NCBI GenBank assembly: GCA_031414955.1
Contig: JANOQV010000152.1
Location: 21,093 to 85,092, forward strand
Direction of reading: 5' to 3'
DNA from: Pedosphaera sp.
GTDB lineage: Bacteria; Verrucomicrobiota; Verrucomicrobiia; Limisphaerales; SIBH01
Length of the DNA: 64,000 bases
Positions 49,441 through 58,459 of this stretch are shown piece after piece. A program made the position numbers and the translations under genes. Each line of letters opens with the position of its first letter. The stretch's first letter is position 1. The notes under the pieces are model-generated. The model was not told the DNA's origin. It saw only the letters and a program-made list of their open reading frames with translations, and searched no databases.

Positions 49441-50682
49441 GTGGCGGACACCGATGAAAGAGCGGTGAAAGAAACCAGATTTGATCCCCGGCTGGAAGCG
49501 ATCCGCGGACTGGCCGCCTTGATGGTAGCGGTCGGACACGCCTTGGTCGTTTACCCGGTTCAAGACTTCGCGCGCACGACGACGCTCGCGCTCCGCACGA
49601 TTTTCAACGGCGATTCCGCCGTGACGATGTTTTTTGTGTTGAGCGGGTTGGTGCTGGGCCTGGGCTTGCAGAGGATGGGGCGGGGCAATTTCCGGGAGTT
49701 GAGTGCTTTTGCCACTCGGCGCGTTTTCCGCATCCTGCCCGTGCTGTGGGTGAGCATCTTCGCGATTCTTGTCTTCCTCGTCCTCGTCCGGCCGTGGGGC
49801 GGCGCGCTTTCCTGGTTCGGTCACGCCTTGAGCTACCGTTCGTCGGTGCTCAATCCATCGGTATTCCCAAGCGCGGACGTGATCCTGCAGAACATGCTGC
49901 TGCTGAATTCCTCGATGAATCTAGTCACTTGGACGCTCGGGGTGGAGATGCTCGGGTCGTTGCTCCTGGCCCTGGCGCACTGTGCGCGGATGCGCCTGCC
50001 CGCGTCCGGCACCTGGTTGTTGCTCGCGGTGGCGGGCTTTCTTGCGCTGCTGGGCAAGTGGTTCCTGCTGCTGGGCTGGGTGAAGCTGGAGGCGATGCTG
50101 CGCTGCGAGATGCTTCAGTTTGTTTATCTTTTTTATCTGGGCTACCTGCTGCCAATCCTTGGACCGCGCTGCTTCGCCTGGTGCCGCGACTCGTCGAGAT
50201 CCAGCGCTCTGGTTCTTCTGGGTGCGCTGCTCTTGCTCTCCAGTGGAGCCTGGTTCGAGGACACGTACCGGCTGGCGGCCGGTCTCGGAGCCTGGATGAC
50301 GCTGGGCATCCTGCTTCATGGTTTTCCGATCCGGAGTTTCCGTATTCTGGACTGGCCGGTGGTGCGGTTCCTCGGCCGGATTTCGTACAGCTTTTATCTG
50401 CTGCACGATCTGGTGCTGATCATAGGTGCCCGAATCGGCGCGCACTTTGTTTTCCAAGGGCAGATCCCGGCGCATCCGTTTGTGGTGAATCTCATCCTGG
50501 TCCTGCTCTCCGTTCCCCTGGCCGCCGGTCTGGCGTCCGTGACTCATCGTTGGATTGAAATGCCGTTCATCCGGTGGGGTAAAACGCTGGCCGCAAAATT
50601 GATTCGCGGCCAGCGGCAAGGTTCGTCCGAAATCTCGCCGGTGGCGGTGCCGGGCATTGAGGCTGCGAGCGTCGGCACCTGA
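49441..50682 (+). CDS. Acyltransferase-3 family membrane O-acyltransferase
   Basis: LEAIRGLAALMV..H, VTMFFVLSG, WTLGVE, GRISYSFYLLH, WIEMP. Confidence 0.88.
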   Translation: MADTDERAVKETRFDPRLEAIRGLAALMVAVGHALVVYPVQDFARTTTLALRTIFNGDSAVTMFFVLSGLVLGLGLQRMGRGNFRELSAFATRRVFRILPVLWVSIFAILVFLVLVRPWGGALSWFGHALSYRSSVLNPSVFPSADVILQNMLLLNSSMNLVTWTLGVEMLGSLLLALAHCARMRLPASGTWLLLAVAGFLALLGKWFLLLGWVKLEAMLRCEMLQFVYLFYLGYLLPILGPRCFAWCRDSSRSSALVLLGALLLLSSGAWFEDTYRLAAGLGAWMTLGILLHGFPIRSFRILDWPVVRFLGRISYSFYLLHDLVLIIGARIGAHFVFQGQIPAHPFVVNLILVLLSVPLAAGLASVTHRWIEMPFIRWGKTLAAKLIRGQRQGSSEISPVAVPGIEAASVGT

Positions 50683-50702
50683 GGGGCCAAGCGCCACCCT
50701 TG

Positions 50703-51509
50703 TTACCCTTCGAGCGCGCACATCGAACGGGCGCGTCTTTTGAACTGGCACCGCTGCGTGTAACCCACGGCTCTCGCGAGTTCGATGGCCTGTGTCCAAT
50801 CCATCCCCACTTCGCCCGGCGCGTGCGCATCCGATCCGAAGGTGATGGGCACGCCATGCTGATGCGCGAGACGGAGAAACTGGGGCGAGGGATAAATCTC
50901 CCGGCAGTCCTTGCGCAGCCCGGCGGTGTTCAGTTCCACCGCCACGTCGGCTTTCTTCGCGGCCGCGAGAAACTTTTCGAAGAGCGGCGTGCAATCCTGT
51001 TTGGGGATGTAACCAAACTTCTTCGGCAGGTCAGCGTGGCCGATGATCTCAAACAGCGTCGATTCCGCCGCCAGAGTCAGCCGCTCGAAGTAGAGACGCC
51101 AGACCTCGAAGTGATCGTGTTCCTTCCACTTGGAGAGTTTCTCGGGGTTGTCCACATCCCACGACTCGCTGATGTAGTGGACGGAGCCGATGAAGTAATC
51201 CCATGAATGGCGCGCGGCGAGATCGCGAATCCAGTCCTCGTGGCCCGGCAGATAATCCACTTCCAGCCCGAGGCGGATGGTCAGCGCGGGGTGCTCTTGT
51301 TGGGCACGGCGGACCTTCTCCACGTATTCGTCGAGCTGGTCGGCGCGCATCCGCCAGTTGTCGAAATCATCGCGCCGCATGGGCGAGTGGTCGGTGAACC
51401 CGATTTCCTGGAGGCCGAGCGTCACGGCGCGGGCGGCGTATTCGGTCGGCTCGCCGACGGCGTGTCGGCAGAGCGGTGTGTGCATGTGATAATCCGCAGG
51501 CAACTGCAT
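50703..51509 (-). CDS. PHP-family histidinol-phosphatase (HisJ/HisK type)
   Basis: DYHMHTPLCRHA, FTDH, GSVH, GHADL, ELNTAG, GSDAH. Confidence 0.88.
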   Translation of the reverse strand: MQLPADYHMHTPLCRHAVGEPTEYAARAVTLGLQEIGFTDHSPMRRDDFDNWRMRADQLDEYVEKVRRAQQEHPALTIRLGLEVDYLPGHEDWIRDLAARHSWDYFIGSVHYISESWDVDNPEKLSKWKEHDHFEVWRLYFERLTLAAESTLFEIIGHADLPKKFGYIPKQDCTPLFEKFLAAAKKADVAVELNTAGLRKDCREIYPSPQFLRLAHQHGVPITFGSDAHAPGEVGMDWTQAIELARAVGYTQRCQFKRRARSMCALEG

Positions 51510-51630
51510 GGCGGTGAAGGTAGCGAAACCGCGAGGTGCATAAACAGCGAAGACTTGCCAGTAAGCCGGTCATGGAGGTCGCTTCAATTCCCTCGTTGCC
51601 AAATGAGCCTCGTCGTCTCTAAGTCCCCGG

Positions 51631-53142
51631 ATGCAACTCCTCCGACTTCTCGTTTCTTTGGCCGCGCTGTGGTCTTTCGCTCGGGCGGGCTGCGCGGCCC
51701 CGGCGGACTCCGCCGCACCCGCCCCGTTCGAGGGGACTGCGCAGATCGGCGCGCCCTTCCGCGCCGGCCGGGTGGAACACGATGCCGTGCGGCGCTTGTT
51801 CACCGTCTCCGGCGGCGGCGCGAACATGTGGTTCAGCAACGACTCGTTTCACTTCGTCTGGACCAAGGTGTCCAGCGACGTGTCGCTCGCGGCTGACATT
51901 GCCTTTCCTGGCGCGGGCGGCGACCCGCATCGCAAGGCGTGCCTGCTGGTGCGCCAGAGCCTCGACGCGGATGCGGCCTACGCGGACGCGGCGATCCATG
52001 GCGATGGATTGACCTCGCTGCAATATCGCGAGACGAAGGGAGCGCGAACCTACGAGATTCAATCCGGCGTGTCCGGTCCGACGAGGCTGCGTATCGAGAA
52101 GCGCGGCAAGTACGTCTCCATGTCCCTGGCGCGTGCGGGTGAGCAATTGCATCCGGCGGGCGGCTCGTTTCGGCTGGAAATGACGGAACCGTTTTACGTC
52201 GGCCTCGGGGTTTGCGCGCACAATAGCGATGCGCTGGAGACGGCGACGTTCGCGAACGTCGAGTTGGTTACCAACGCGCCCGCGCCCGCCCAACCAAAAC
52301 TGATCAGCACCGTTGAAACCGTGCCCATCGCCTCCAAGGATCGGCGCGTGGTTTACTGGACAACCAATCTGCTTGAAGCCCCGAACTGGTCGCACGACGG
52401 AACGGCCCTCTACTTCAACAGCAAGGGCCGCATCTATCGGCTGCCCTTGACCAATGGTGAGCCGCAATTAGTCGTGCCGCAGTTGATCGACACGGCCTTT
52501 GCCACGCGTTGTAACAACGACCACGGCCTTTCTCCGGACGGGAAGACGCTCGTCATCAGCGATCAGTCGCAGGAGCGGCGCTCGATCATCTACACGCTGC
52601 CCGTTACTGGCGGCACGCCGCAGCGCATCACCAGGCTGGGGCCGTCCTACTGGCACGGCTGGTCCCCGGATGGAAAGACGCTGGCTTACTGCGGCGAGCG
52701 CGGGGGCGAGTTCGACATCTACACCATTCCGGTGGCGGGCGGCGAAGAGACGCGGCTCACCACGGCGGCGGGACTCGACGACGGCCCGGACTATTCGCCC
52801 GATGGTCAGTGGATCTATTTCAATTCGGATCGGACCGGCCAAATGCACGTCTGGCGGATGCACCCCGACGGCAGCCAGCAGCAGCAGGTCACGAGCGATG
52901 AGTTCAACAATTGGTTTCCCCATCCCTCGCCGGACGGGAAGTGGCTCGTGTTCCTCTCCTACGACAAGGCCGTGAAGGGACATCCCGAGAACAAGGATGT
53001 GGCCCTGCGCATCATGCCGCTGGCCGGCGGCAAGATTGAAGTGCTCGCGAAATTGTTCGGAGGGCAGGGGACGATCAACGTACCCTCGTGGTCGCCGGAC
53101 AGCCGCCGCGTGGCGTTTGTCAGTTACCAATTCGTGCCGTGA
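51631..53142 (+). CDS. Secreted TolB-like (PD40 repeat) protein with an N-terminal beta-sandwich
   Basis: Signal peptide, [49 protein letters not shown]. Confidence 0.85.
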   Translation: MQLLRLLVSLAALWSFARAGCAAPADSAAPAPFEGTAQIGAPFRAGRVEHDAVRRLFTVSGGGANMWFSNDSFHFVWTKVSSDVSLAADIAFPGAGGDPHRKACLLVRQSLDADAAYADAAIHGDGLTSLQYRETKGARTYEIQSGVSGPTRLRIEKRGKYVSMSLARAGEQLHPAGGSFRLEMTEPFYVGLGVCAHNSDALETATFANVELVTNAPAPAQPKLISTVETVPIASKDRRVVYWTTNLLEAPNWSHDGTALYFNSKGRIYRLPLTNGEPQLVVPQLIDTAFATRCNNDHGLSPDGKTLVISDQSQERRSIIYTLPVTGGTPQRITRLGPSYWHGWSPDGKTLAYCGERGGEFDIYTIPVAGGEETRLTTAAGLDDGPDYSPDGQWIYFNSDRTGQMHVWRMHPDGSQQQQVTSDEFNNWFPHPSPDGKWLVFLSYDKAVKGHPENKDVALRIMPLAGGKIEVLAKLFGGQGTINVPSWSPDSRRVAFVSYQFVP

Positions 53143-53145
53143 GCC

Positions 53146-53306
53146 AGCGCATGCTGACAGTACCGCTCCTCGAGACTGGAAAGTCTCGCTCCCTGTCGGC
53201 TGGGAAGCCGGCGTTACGACCTAGCGCCGACATTCTTGTCGGCAGGGGGCGAGACTTTCCAGTCTCGCAGTTCTTCCTGGGCGGAACGGTAACTTCAAGA
53301 TGCGCC
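53146..53306. repeat. Composite REP-like inverted-repeat element
   Basis: CGAGACTGGAAAGTCTCG.. (53171-53200) pairs with 53238-53267; degenerate outer arms GCGCAT..TACCG. Confidence 0.65.
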
Positions 53307-53374
53307 TGCCGTGCGTGAGCTGCGGCTGCATTTGAAATTTGTCTTTCCCAACCCGAAACCGGCATCCTCGCGCC

Positions 53375-54190
53375 GTGACTGCTGCTGAAGCCAAGCAACT
53401 CCTGGAGCAATTCCGCGCCGGGAAGGTTTCCGTCGAGGAAACGGTGCGCGCCTTTCAGGCCGCGCCCGTGGCCGACCTTGGCTTTGCCCAGGTGGACCTG
53501 CACCGTGCGCTGCGGAAGGGTTTTCCTGAGGTGATCTTTGGTGCCGGCAAGTCACCGGCCCAGGTCCTCGCCATTGCGTCGAAGCTCGTGGAGCGCGAAC
53601 AGCAGGTTCTCATCACCCGTATCACGCCGGCGCACGCGCGAGCCTTGAAGAAGAAGTTTCGCCGGGCGGTGCATCACGAAGCGGCCCGCTGCGTGACCAT
53701 CGAGGCCAAACCGCTCCCGAAGCGTTCCGGCACCATCGCGATCCTCTGCGCCGGCACCAGCGATGTGCCGGTGGCGGAAGAGGCTGCCATCACCGCCGAC
53801 ATTATGGGCAACACCGTGCAGCGGCTCTATGACGTGGGCGTAGCCGGATTGCACCGGTTGCTCCGTCGCCTTGATGACATTCAGCGCGCGAATGTCATCG
53901 TCGCCGTGGCCGGCATGGAAGGCGCGCTGCCCAGCGTGGTGGCCGGGTTGGTGTCGCGGCCAGTCATCGCCGTTCCCACGAGCGTGGGCTATGGCGCGAA
54001 CTTCGGTGGCGTGGCCGCGCTGCTCGGCATGCTCAACAGTTGTGGCAGCGGCGTGACGGTGGTGAACATCGACAACGGCTTCGGCGCGGGCTATGCCGCG
54101 AGCCAGATTAACGCGCTGGCCGGGGAGGGAAAATCACCAAGCACCAAAACCCAACCCCCAGGGAAGTTCCAAGCGCCAAGCTCTACATGA
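53375..54190 (+). CDS. larB: Nickel pincer cofactor biosynthesis protein LarB
   Basis: D.HR.LRKGFPEVIFG.GK, AGTSDVPVAEEA, DVGVAGLHR, AGMEGALPS, PTSVGYG, VVNIDNGFGA. Confidence 0.93.
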   Translation: MTAAEAKQLLEQFRAGKVSVEETVRAFQAAPVADLGFAQVDLHRALRKGFPEVIFGAGKSPAQVLAIASKLVEREQQVLITRITPAHARALKKKFRRAVHHEAARCVTIEAKPLPKRSGTIAILCAGTSDVPVAEEAAITADIMGNTVQRLYDVGVAGLHRLLRRLDDIQRANVIVAVAGMEGALPSVVAGLVSRPVIAVPTSVGYGANFGGVAALLGMLNSCGSGVTVVNIDNGFGAGYAASQINALAGEGKSPSTKTQPPGKFQAPSST

Positions 54191-54278
54191 ACGATTCTTC
54201 GCGCAGGTTACGGCCCGATTGTTTTGGAGCTTGTGGTTTGAGGCTTCCCTGGGGTTTGGTGCTTGAAGCTTGGTGATT
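54132..54278. repeat. Short-unit inverted repeat element spanning the larB 3' end to the larC start
   Basis: AATCACCAAGC (54132-42) pairs with GCTTGGTGATT (54268-78); CCCCAGGGAAG (54156-66) pairs with CTTCCCTGGGG (54244-54). Confidence 0.7.
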
Positions 54279-56000
54279 ATGAAAACCCTCTACCTCGACA
54301 TCTTCAGCGGCATCAGCGGCGACATGTTCATCGGCGCGCTCCTCGACCTTGGCGTGGACGCGCACGAGTTCGAGCATGAACTGGAGAAGCTGGGCCTTGA
54401 TGAATTTCATCTGCACATCGCCCGGGGTGAGCGCGGGGCCATCGCGGGCACGAAGTTCGACGTGCATCTGGCGCATGAGCACGAACAGGGGCCTGCGCAC
54501 GCTCATGAACATCAGCATGGCGGTGAACCGCACTCGCACGAGCACGCCCATCATGAGCACGGTGCGGAACATCACGACCATCTTGCCGGTGGATCGCATG
54601 GGCCGCACGGCGGGCCATTGCTTGAGACTTCGGCCGGGCGCGTGGAGTTGAGCGTCTTCGAGACGGGAGTGCCGCCGCGCTTCCGGCTCTACTTCTTCGA
54701 TGCTCATGGCCACGAGGTCGAGCCGGGGGCGGGAAAAGACGTGACGCTGGAAACGATGCGCGAGGGGAAGCAGCGGCAGGTGTTTCAGTTCAAGAAGCAT
54801 GGATCGTATCTGGAAGCGACGGAGGAATTGCCCGAGCCGCATGAGTTTCACGCCGTACTCAAGCTCAAGCTTGGCGGAAAGAACGAGAAGCACGAGACGC
54901 AGTTCGTGGAGGATCATCATCACGACCACGGGCACGAGCATGGACACGACCATGACCACGCCGCGTCGGAGACCGGAGTTCCGGGGCATGATCATGGCCG
55001 AACCTTCGCTGACATCGCGAAACTGATTCAGGGCAGCAAACTCTCGCCCTGGGTGAAGGAGAAGTCCGTGGCGGTGTTTCATCGCGTGGCGGTGGCGGAA
55101 GGAAAAATTCATGGCCATCCGCCGGAGCAGGTTCATTTCCACGAGGTCGGCGCGGTGGATTCCATCGTGGATATTGTGGGTGCGTGCGTCGCGCTGGAGA
55201 TGCTGGGCCAGCCGCGTGTGCTGGCCGCGAATCCCATCGAGGGCACCGGCACCATTCGTTGTGCGCATGGCAACTTTCCCATTCCCGCGCCGGCCACGCT
55301 GGAGATTCTGAGCGCGCGCCGCGTGGCAATTCAGCAATGCGAGGAACCCGGTGAACTCATCACGCCCACGGGCGCAGCCATTCTGGCCGAGTTCGTGGAG
55401 ACCTTCGGGCCGATGCAGCAGCTTGCCGTGGAGAAGATTGGTTACGGACTCGGCACACGGCACAACCAGACGCGACCGAATGTGCTGCGAGCGATCTTAG
55501 GGGAAGAGTCCAAGGCCCAAGGTCCAAAGTCCAAGGTTGCGGGTGGTGGGGAGTTGGATTGGGAGACCGATACCGTGGCCGTGCTGGAGTCGAATCTCGA
55601 CGACATCAACTCCGAGTTGCTCGGCGCGCTGGTGGAGAAAGCCCTGGCCGCGGGCGCGCTGGATGTTTTTTACACGCCGGTGCAGATGAAGAAGAACCGG
55701 CCCGGCGTGTTGCTCACCTTGCTTTGCGCCGAGGCCGATGCCGACGAGTTCTCCGAAATGATTCTGCGCGAAACCACCGCCTTCGGCGTGCGCCGCACCG
55801 TCGCCACGCGCCGCAAACTGCGCCGCGAAGCCAAGACGGTGAAGACGAAGTTCGGCCATGTGGCCGTGAAGTTTGGCCTGTTGAACGGGCGCGTGATTCA
55901 AGCCTCGCCTGAGTTCGAGTCCTGCCGCACAGTGGCCGCGCGCTCGGGTGTGACCGTGCGCGAAGTGTATGAAGCCGCCCGCAAAGCCGTGAACGTATGA
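54279..56000 (+). CDS. larC: Nickel pincer cofactor nickel insertase LarC with an expanded His-rich insert
   Basis: LYLDIFSGISGDM, HFHEVGAVDSIVDI, PAPAT, TPTGAA, ESNLDD, MKKNRPG, ETTAFGVR, PEFE. Confidence 0.93.
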   Translation: MKTLYLDIFSGISGDMFIGALLDLGVDAHEFEHELEKLGLDEFHLHIARGERGAIAGTKFDVHLAHEHEQGPAHAHEHQHGGEPHSHEHAHHEHGAEHHDHLAGGSHGPHGGPLLETSAGRVELSVFETGVPPRFRLYFFDAHGHEVEPGAGKDVTLETMREGKQRQVFQFKKHGSYLEATEELPEPHEFHAVLKLKLGGKNEKHETQFVEDHHHDHGHEHGHDHDHAASETGVPGHDHGRTFADIAKLIQGSKLSPWVKEKSVAVFHRVAVAEGKIHGHPPEQVHFHEVGAVDSIVDIVGACVALEMLGQPRVLAANPIEGTGTIRCAHGNFPIPAPATLEILSARRVAIQQCEEPGELITPTGAAILAEFVETFGPMQQLAVEKIGYGLGTRHNQTRPNVLRAILGEESKAQGPKSKVAGGGELDWETDTVAVLESNLDDINSELLGALVEKALAAGALDVFYTPVQMKKNRPGVLLTLLCAEADADEFSEMILRETTAFGVRRTVATRRKLRREAKTVKTKFGHVAVKFGLLNGRVIQASPEFESCRTVAARSGVTVREVYEAARKAVNV

Positions 56001-56251
56001 GCATGATTGACGCAGGACTGTTGAAGATTCTTTGCTGCCCGGAGACCCATCAACCGGTGGCCGAAGCCGAGGCAAAGCTGGTGGCTGATCTCAACACCCG
56101 CATCGCCGCCGGCTCGGTGAAGAATCGCGGCGGCAAAGCTGTGGCTGATTCAATCGATGGCGCACTGGTCCGCGCGGATCGCCAGGTTGCTTACCCCATC
56201 CGCAATCGCATCCCTGTCATGCTGGTCGAGGAAGCAATTCCTCTCGCCTAA
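55997..56251 (+). CDS. Trm112/YcaR-like small protein
   Basis: LLKILCCPETHQP..YPIRNRIPVMLVEEA. Confidence 0.85.
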   Translation: MSMIDAGLLKILCCPETHQPVAEAEAKLVADLNTRIAAGSVKNRGGKAVADSIDGALVRADRQVAYPIRNRIPVMLVEEAIPLA

Positions 56252-56272
56252 TCCGATTTGGAAAGAAACCGA

Positions 56273-57343
56273 ATGGCCATCACTCTCCAGTTTGAATCTG
56301 CCGTGCGCAGCCGCTATTCCGAGGCGGCGGGCCAGAAGGTCGAGGCGCTGTGTTGCCCCATCGAATATGACCGCCAGTATCTCAAGGCCATCCCGCAGGA
56401 GGTTATTGATCGCGACTATGGCTGCGGCGATCCATCGAAGCACCTTCAACCGGGCGAGACGGTGCTCGACCTGGGCAGCGGCACGGGAAAAATCTGTTTC
56501 ATCGCCGCCCAGGTCGTGGGCGCGAAAGGGCGCGTCATCGGCGTGGACATGAATGATGACATGCTGGCGATGGCGCGGAAGTATGCGCCCGTCGTCGGCC
56601 AGGCCATCGGGTTCAACAACGTCGAGTTTCGCAAGGGGCGCATCCAGGATCTGGCCCTGGATTTGGAAAAGCTGGAGGCGGACTTGAAGGGAAACCCCAT
56701 TCAGGACGCGAATTCCTTTCTCGCCGCCGAAGCCCGCGCCGCCGAACTGCGCGCCACCGCGCCGCTCATCGCGAGTGATTCCATCGATGTCGTGGTGTCG
56801 AACTGCGTGCTCAACCTCGTGGAGCCGCGCGCCAAGCGGCAGCTCTTCCAGGAAATTTTCCGCGTGCTGCGCGTCGGCGGACGCGCCGTCATCTCGGACA
56901 TCGTGAGCGGCGCGGCGGTGCCGGTGGAGATGCAGAATGATCCGGAGCTGTGGAGCGGTTGCATCTCGGGCGCGCTGACGGAGGAGGATTTCATGCAGGC
57001 ATTCGTGGACGCGGGCTTTTACGGCGCGCGCCTGCTCAAGCGCGACGCGCAGCCGTGGCGGATGGTGCAGGGGATCGAGTTTCGCTCCGTGACCATCGAG
57101 GCTTTCAAGGACGAACCGGGCGAAAATGCCGAGCGCAAGCAAACTGTCATCTACAAGGGCCCGTTCAAGGAAGTGCTGGACGATCAGGGCCAGCGCCTGG
57201 AGCGCGGGAAGCGACAGGCGGTCAGTGGTCAGACTTTCCAACGCTTCGGTCGCGAGCCGTACCGGGATTGCTTCGAGTTGATCGAGGGCGAGGCGAGTCA
57301 GACCACGTCCGCGCCGTGTTGCAGCGGGACAAGCTGTTGCTGA
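56273..57343 (+). CDS. ArsM-like SAM-dependent methyltransferase
   Basis: LCCP, DYGCGDP, VLDLGSGTG, SNCVLNL, WSGCISGA, C-terminal CC..CC. Confidence 0.8.
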   Translation: MAITLQFESAVRSRYSEAAGQKVEALCCPIEYDRQYLKAIPQEVIDRDYGCGDPSKHLQPGETVLDLGSGTGKICFIAAQVVGAKGRVIGVDMNDDMLAMARKYAPVVGQAIGFNNVEFRKGRIQDLALDLEKLEADLKGNPIQDANSFLAAEARAAELRATAPLIASDSIDVVVSNCVLNLVEPRAKRQLFQEIFRVLRVGGRAVISDIVSGAAVPVEMQNDPELWSGCISGALTEEDFMQAFVDAGFYGARLLKRDAQPWRMVQGIEFRSVTIEAFKDEPGENAERKQTVIYKGPFKEVLDDQGQRLERGKRQAVSGQTFQRFGREPYRDCFELIEGEASQTTSAPCCSGTSCC

Positions 57344-57509
57344 AGCCCAAGCCTCCGCAGTCCGCCTGAAGTGCAGGCCTTGTTCTCGTCTCTTCCGCAT
57401 GCGGATTGGTCGGGGATAGGCCGTCGAACGGCCACCAATCGCGGTCGCCTGATCTGGACGCTTTCTTTTACTCCGGTGCAAACAAATCACCTTGTTCGCC
57501 GGCGCAGGT

Positions 57510-57538
57510 TTGACGCACCCTCAAGTTCATCCTAGCCT
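57510..57538 (+). promoter_or_regulatory. Sigma70-type promoter, predicted leaderless start at about 57546
   Basis: TTGACG-N17-TAGCCT-N7-ATG. Confidence 0.65.
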
Positions 57539-58270
57539 ATGCCACATGAAACCGGCCATCTACCTGACCGACCCGAAGGAGATGCTCAAGGTGCGCTTGA
57601 ATCAGCCGCGCGCCACCTCCGAGCAACTCCGTGCCCAGCGGGAGCGTCTGCGCTTGGCGTCCGAAAAGTTTTTCGCGGACGCCAAGAAAGAGACCTCTAC
57701 GAATGGGCGGAAAAAGCTCGCCGCCTAGTCGCGCCGCCCGACTACGCCTCGTTCACCGAGTTCGGCGGAGAGGAACATCGCGTCTGGGAATCCAAAGACT
57801 TCACCCGCCATTTCAAATCCACCCGTCCCGGTCGTTGCGGCTTCATGGTCGTGTGCGGCGAGGAAACCGGCTTCATGCCCGAACTCACCGGAGCGCTTCC
57901 GCTGGAGTACCTCGAACGGCTGCTCTTGCAGAATCAGGTTTTTGGCGACCGCGCCGTGCTGGAAGGAGTGGCCCGCGAGAATGGCGAACTCACCATCATC
58001 ACTTCGCAGCCCACGATTCTCGGCGACGGCATCACGCACGACGAAATGCTCGCCTTCATGGCCAAGCTCTGGTTCCAGCCCTTGCGCGGACTCTCGCTCG
58101 GACGCCCCGGCGCGCTCGCCTTCTACCGCGACCTCAATGAAGTCGCCGCCTTCGACGCGCATCCCGGCAACTTCGTGAAGGACGACAACGGCGTGGTCCT
58201 GCCCATCGACCTCGTGCTGCTCCGCGCGGAGGAGGAATTGCAGAAGGCGTTCAAGGCGTTTCTCACCTAA
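57539..58270 (+). CDS. Polyvalent-protein-type Ser/Thr kinase-like protein (Kinase-PolyVal-like)
   Basis: GGEEHRV, FKST, PLEYLERLLLQNQVFGD, IITSQP, DAHPGNF, VLPID. True start uncertain. Confidence 0.7.
   Translation: MPHETGHLPDRPEGDAQGALESAARHLRATPCPAGASALGVRKVFRGRQERDLYEWAEKARRLVAPPDYASFTEFGGEEHRVWESKDFTRHFKSTRPGRCGFMVVCGEETGFMPELTGALPLEYLERLLLQNQVFGDRAVLEGVARENGELTIITSQPTILGDGITHDEMLAFMAKLWFQPLRGLSLGRPGALAFYRDLNEVAAFDAHPGNFVKDDNGVVLPIDLVLLRAEEELQKAFKAFLT
57546..57728 (+). CDS. Small basic protein (60 aa, ends RKKLAA) nested in the +1 frame of the kinase gene
   Basis: ATG lies exactly 7 nt after the -10 box; helical, charged sequence. Confidence 0.6.
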   Translation: MKPAIYLTDPKEMLKVRLNQPRATSEQLRAQRERLRLASEKFFADAKKETSTNGRKKLAA

Positions 58271-58276
58271 ACGGAG

Positions 58277-58448
58277 GCGCGGACCGCCGAGTCCGCGCGT
58301 TTATTTTGCCTCACGCAAAGAACGCGAAGGCCGCGAAGGAAAAAGATTTCCGACAACCTTGCCACGGTCTCGTTCCACTTCGCGTCCTTGGCGACCTTTG
58401 GGTGAGGCATTTTTCCAAGGACGATCACGAGGATTCGGCGGTCCGCGC
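58277..58448. repeat. Nested REP-like inverted repeats between convergent genes
   Basis: Outer pair 58277-58294/58431-58448; inner imperfect pair 58307-58338/58378-58409. Confidence 0.7.
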
Positions 58449-58459
58449 TCCTTTCCGAA

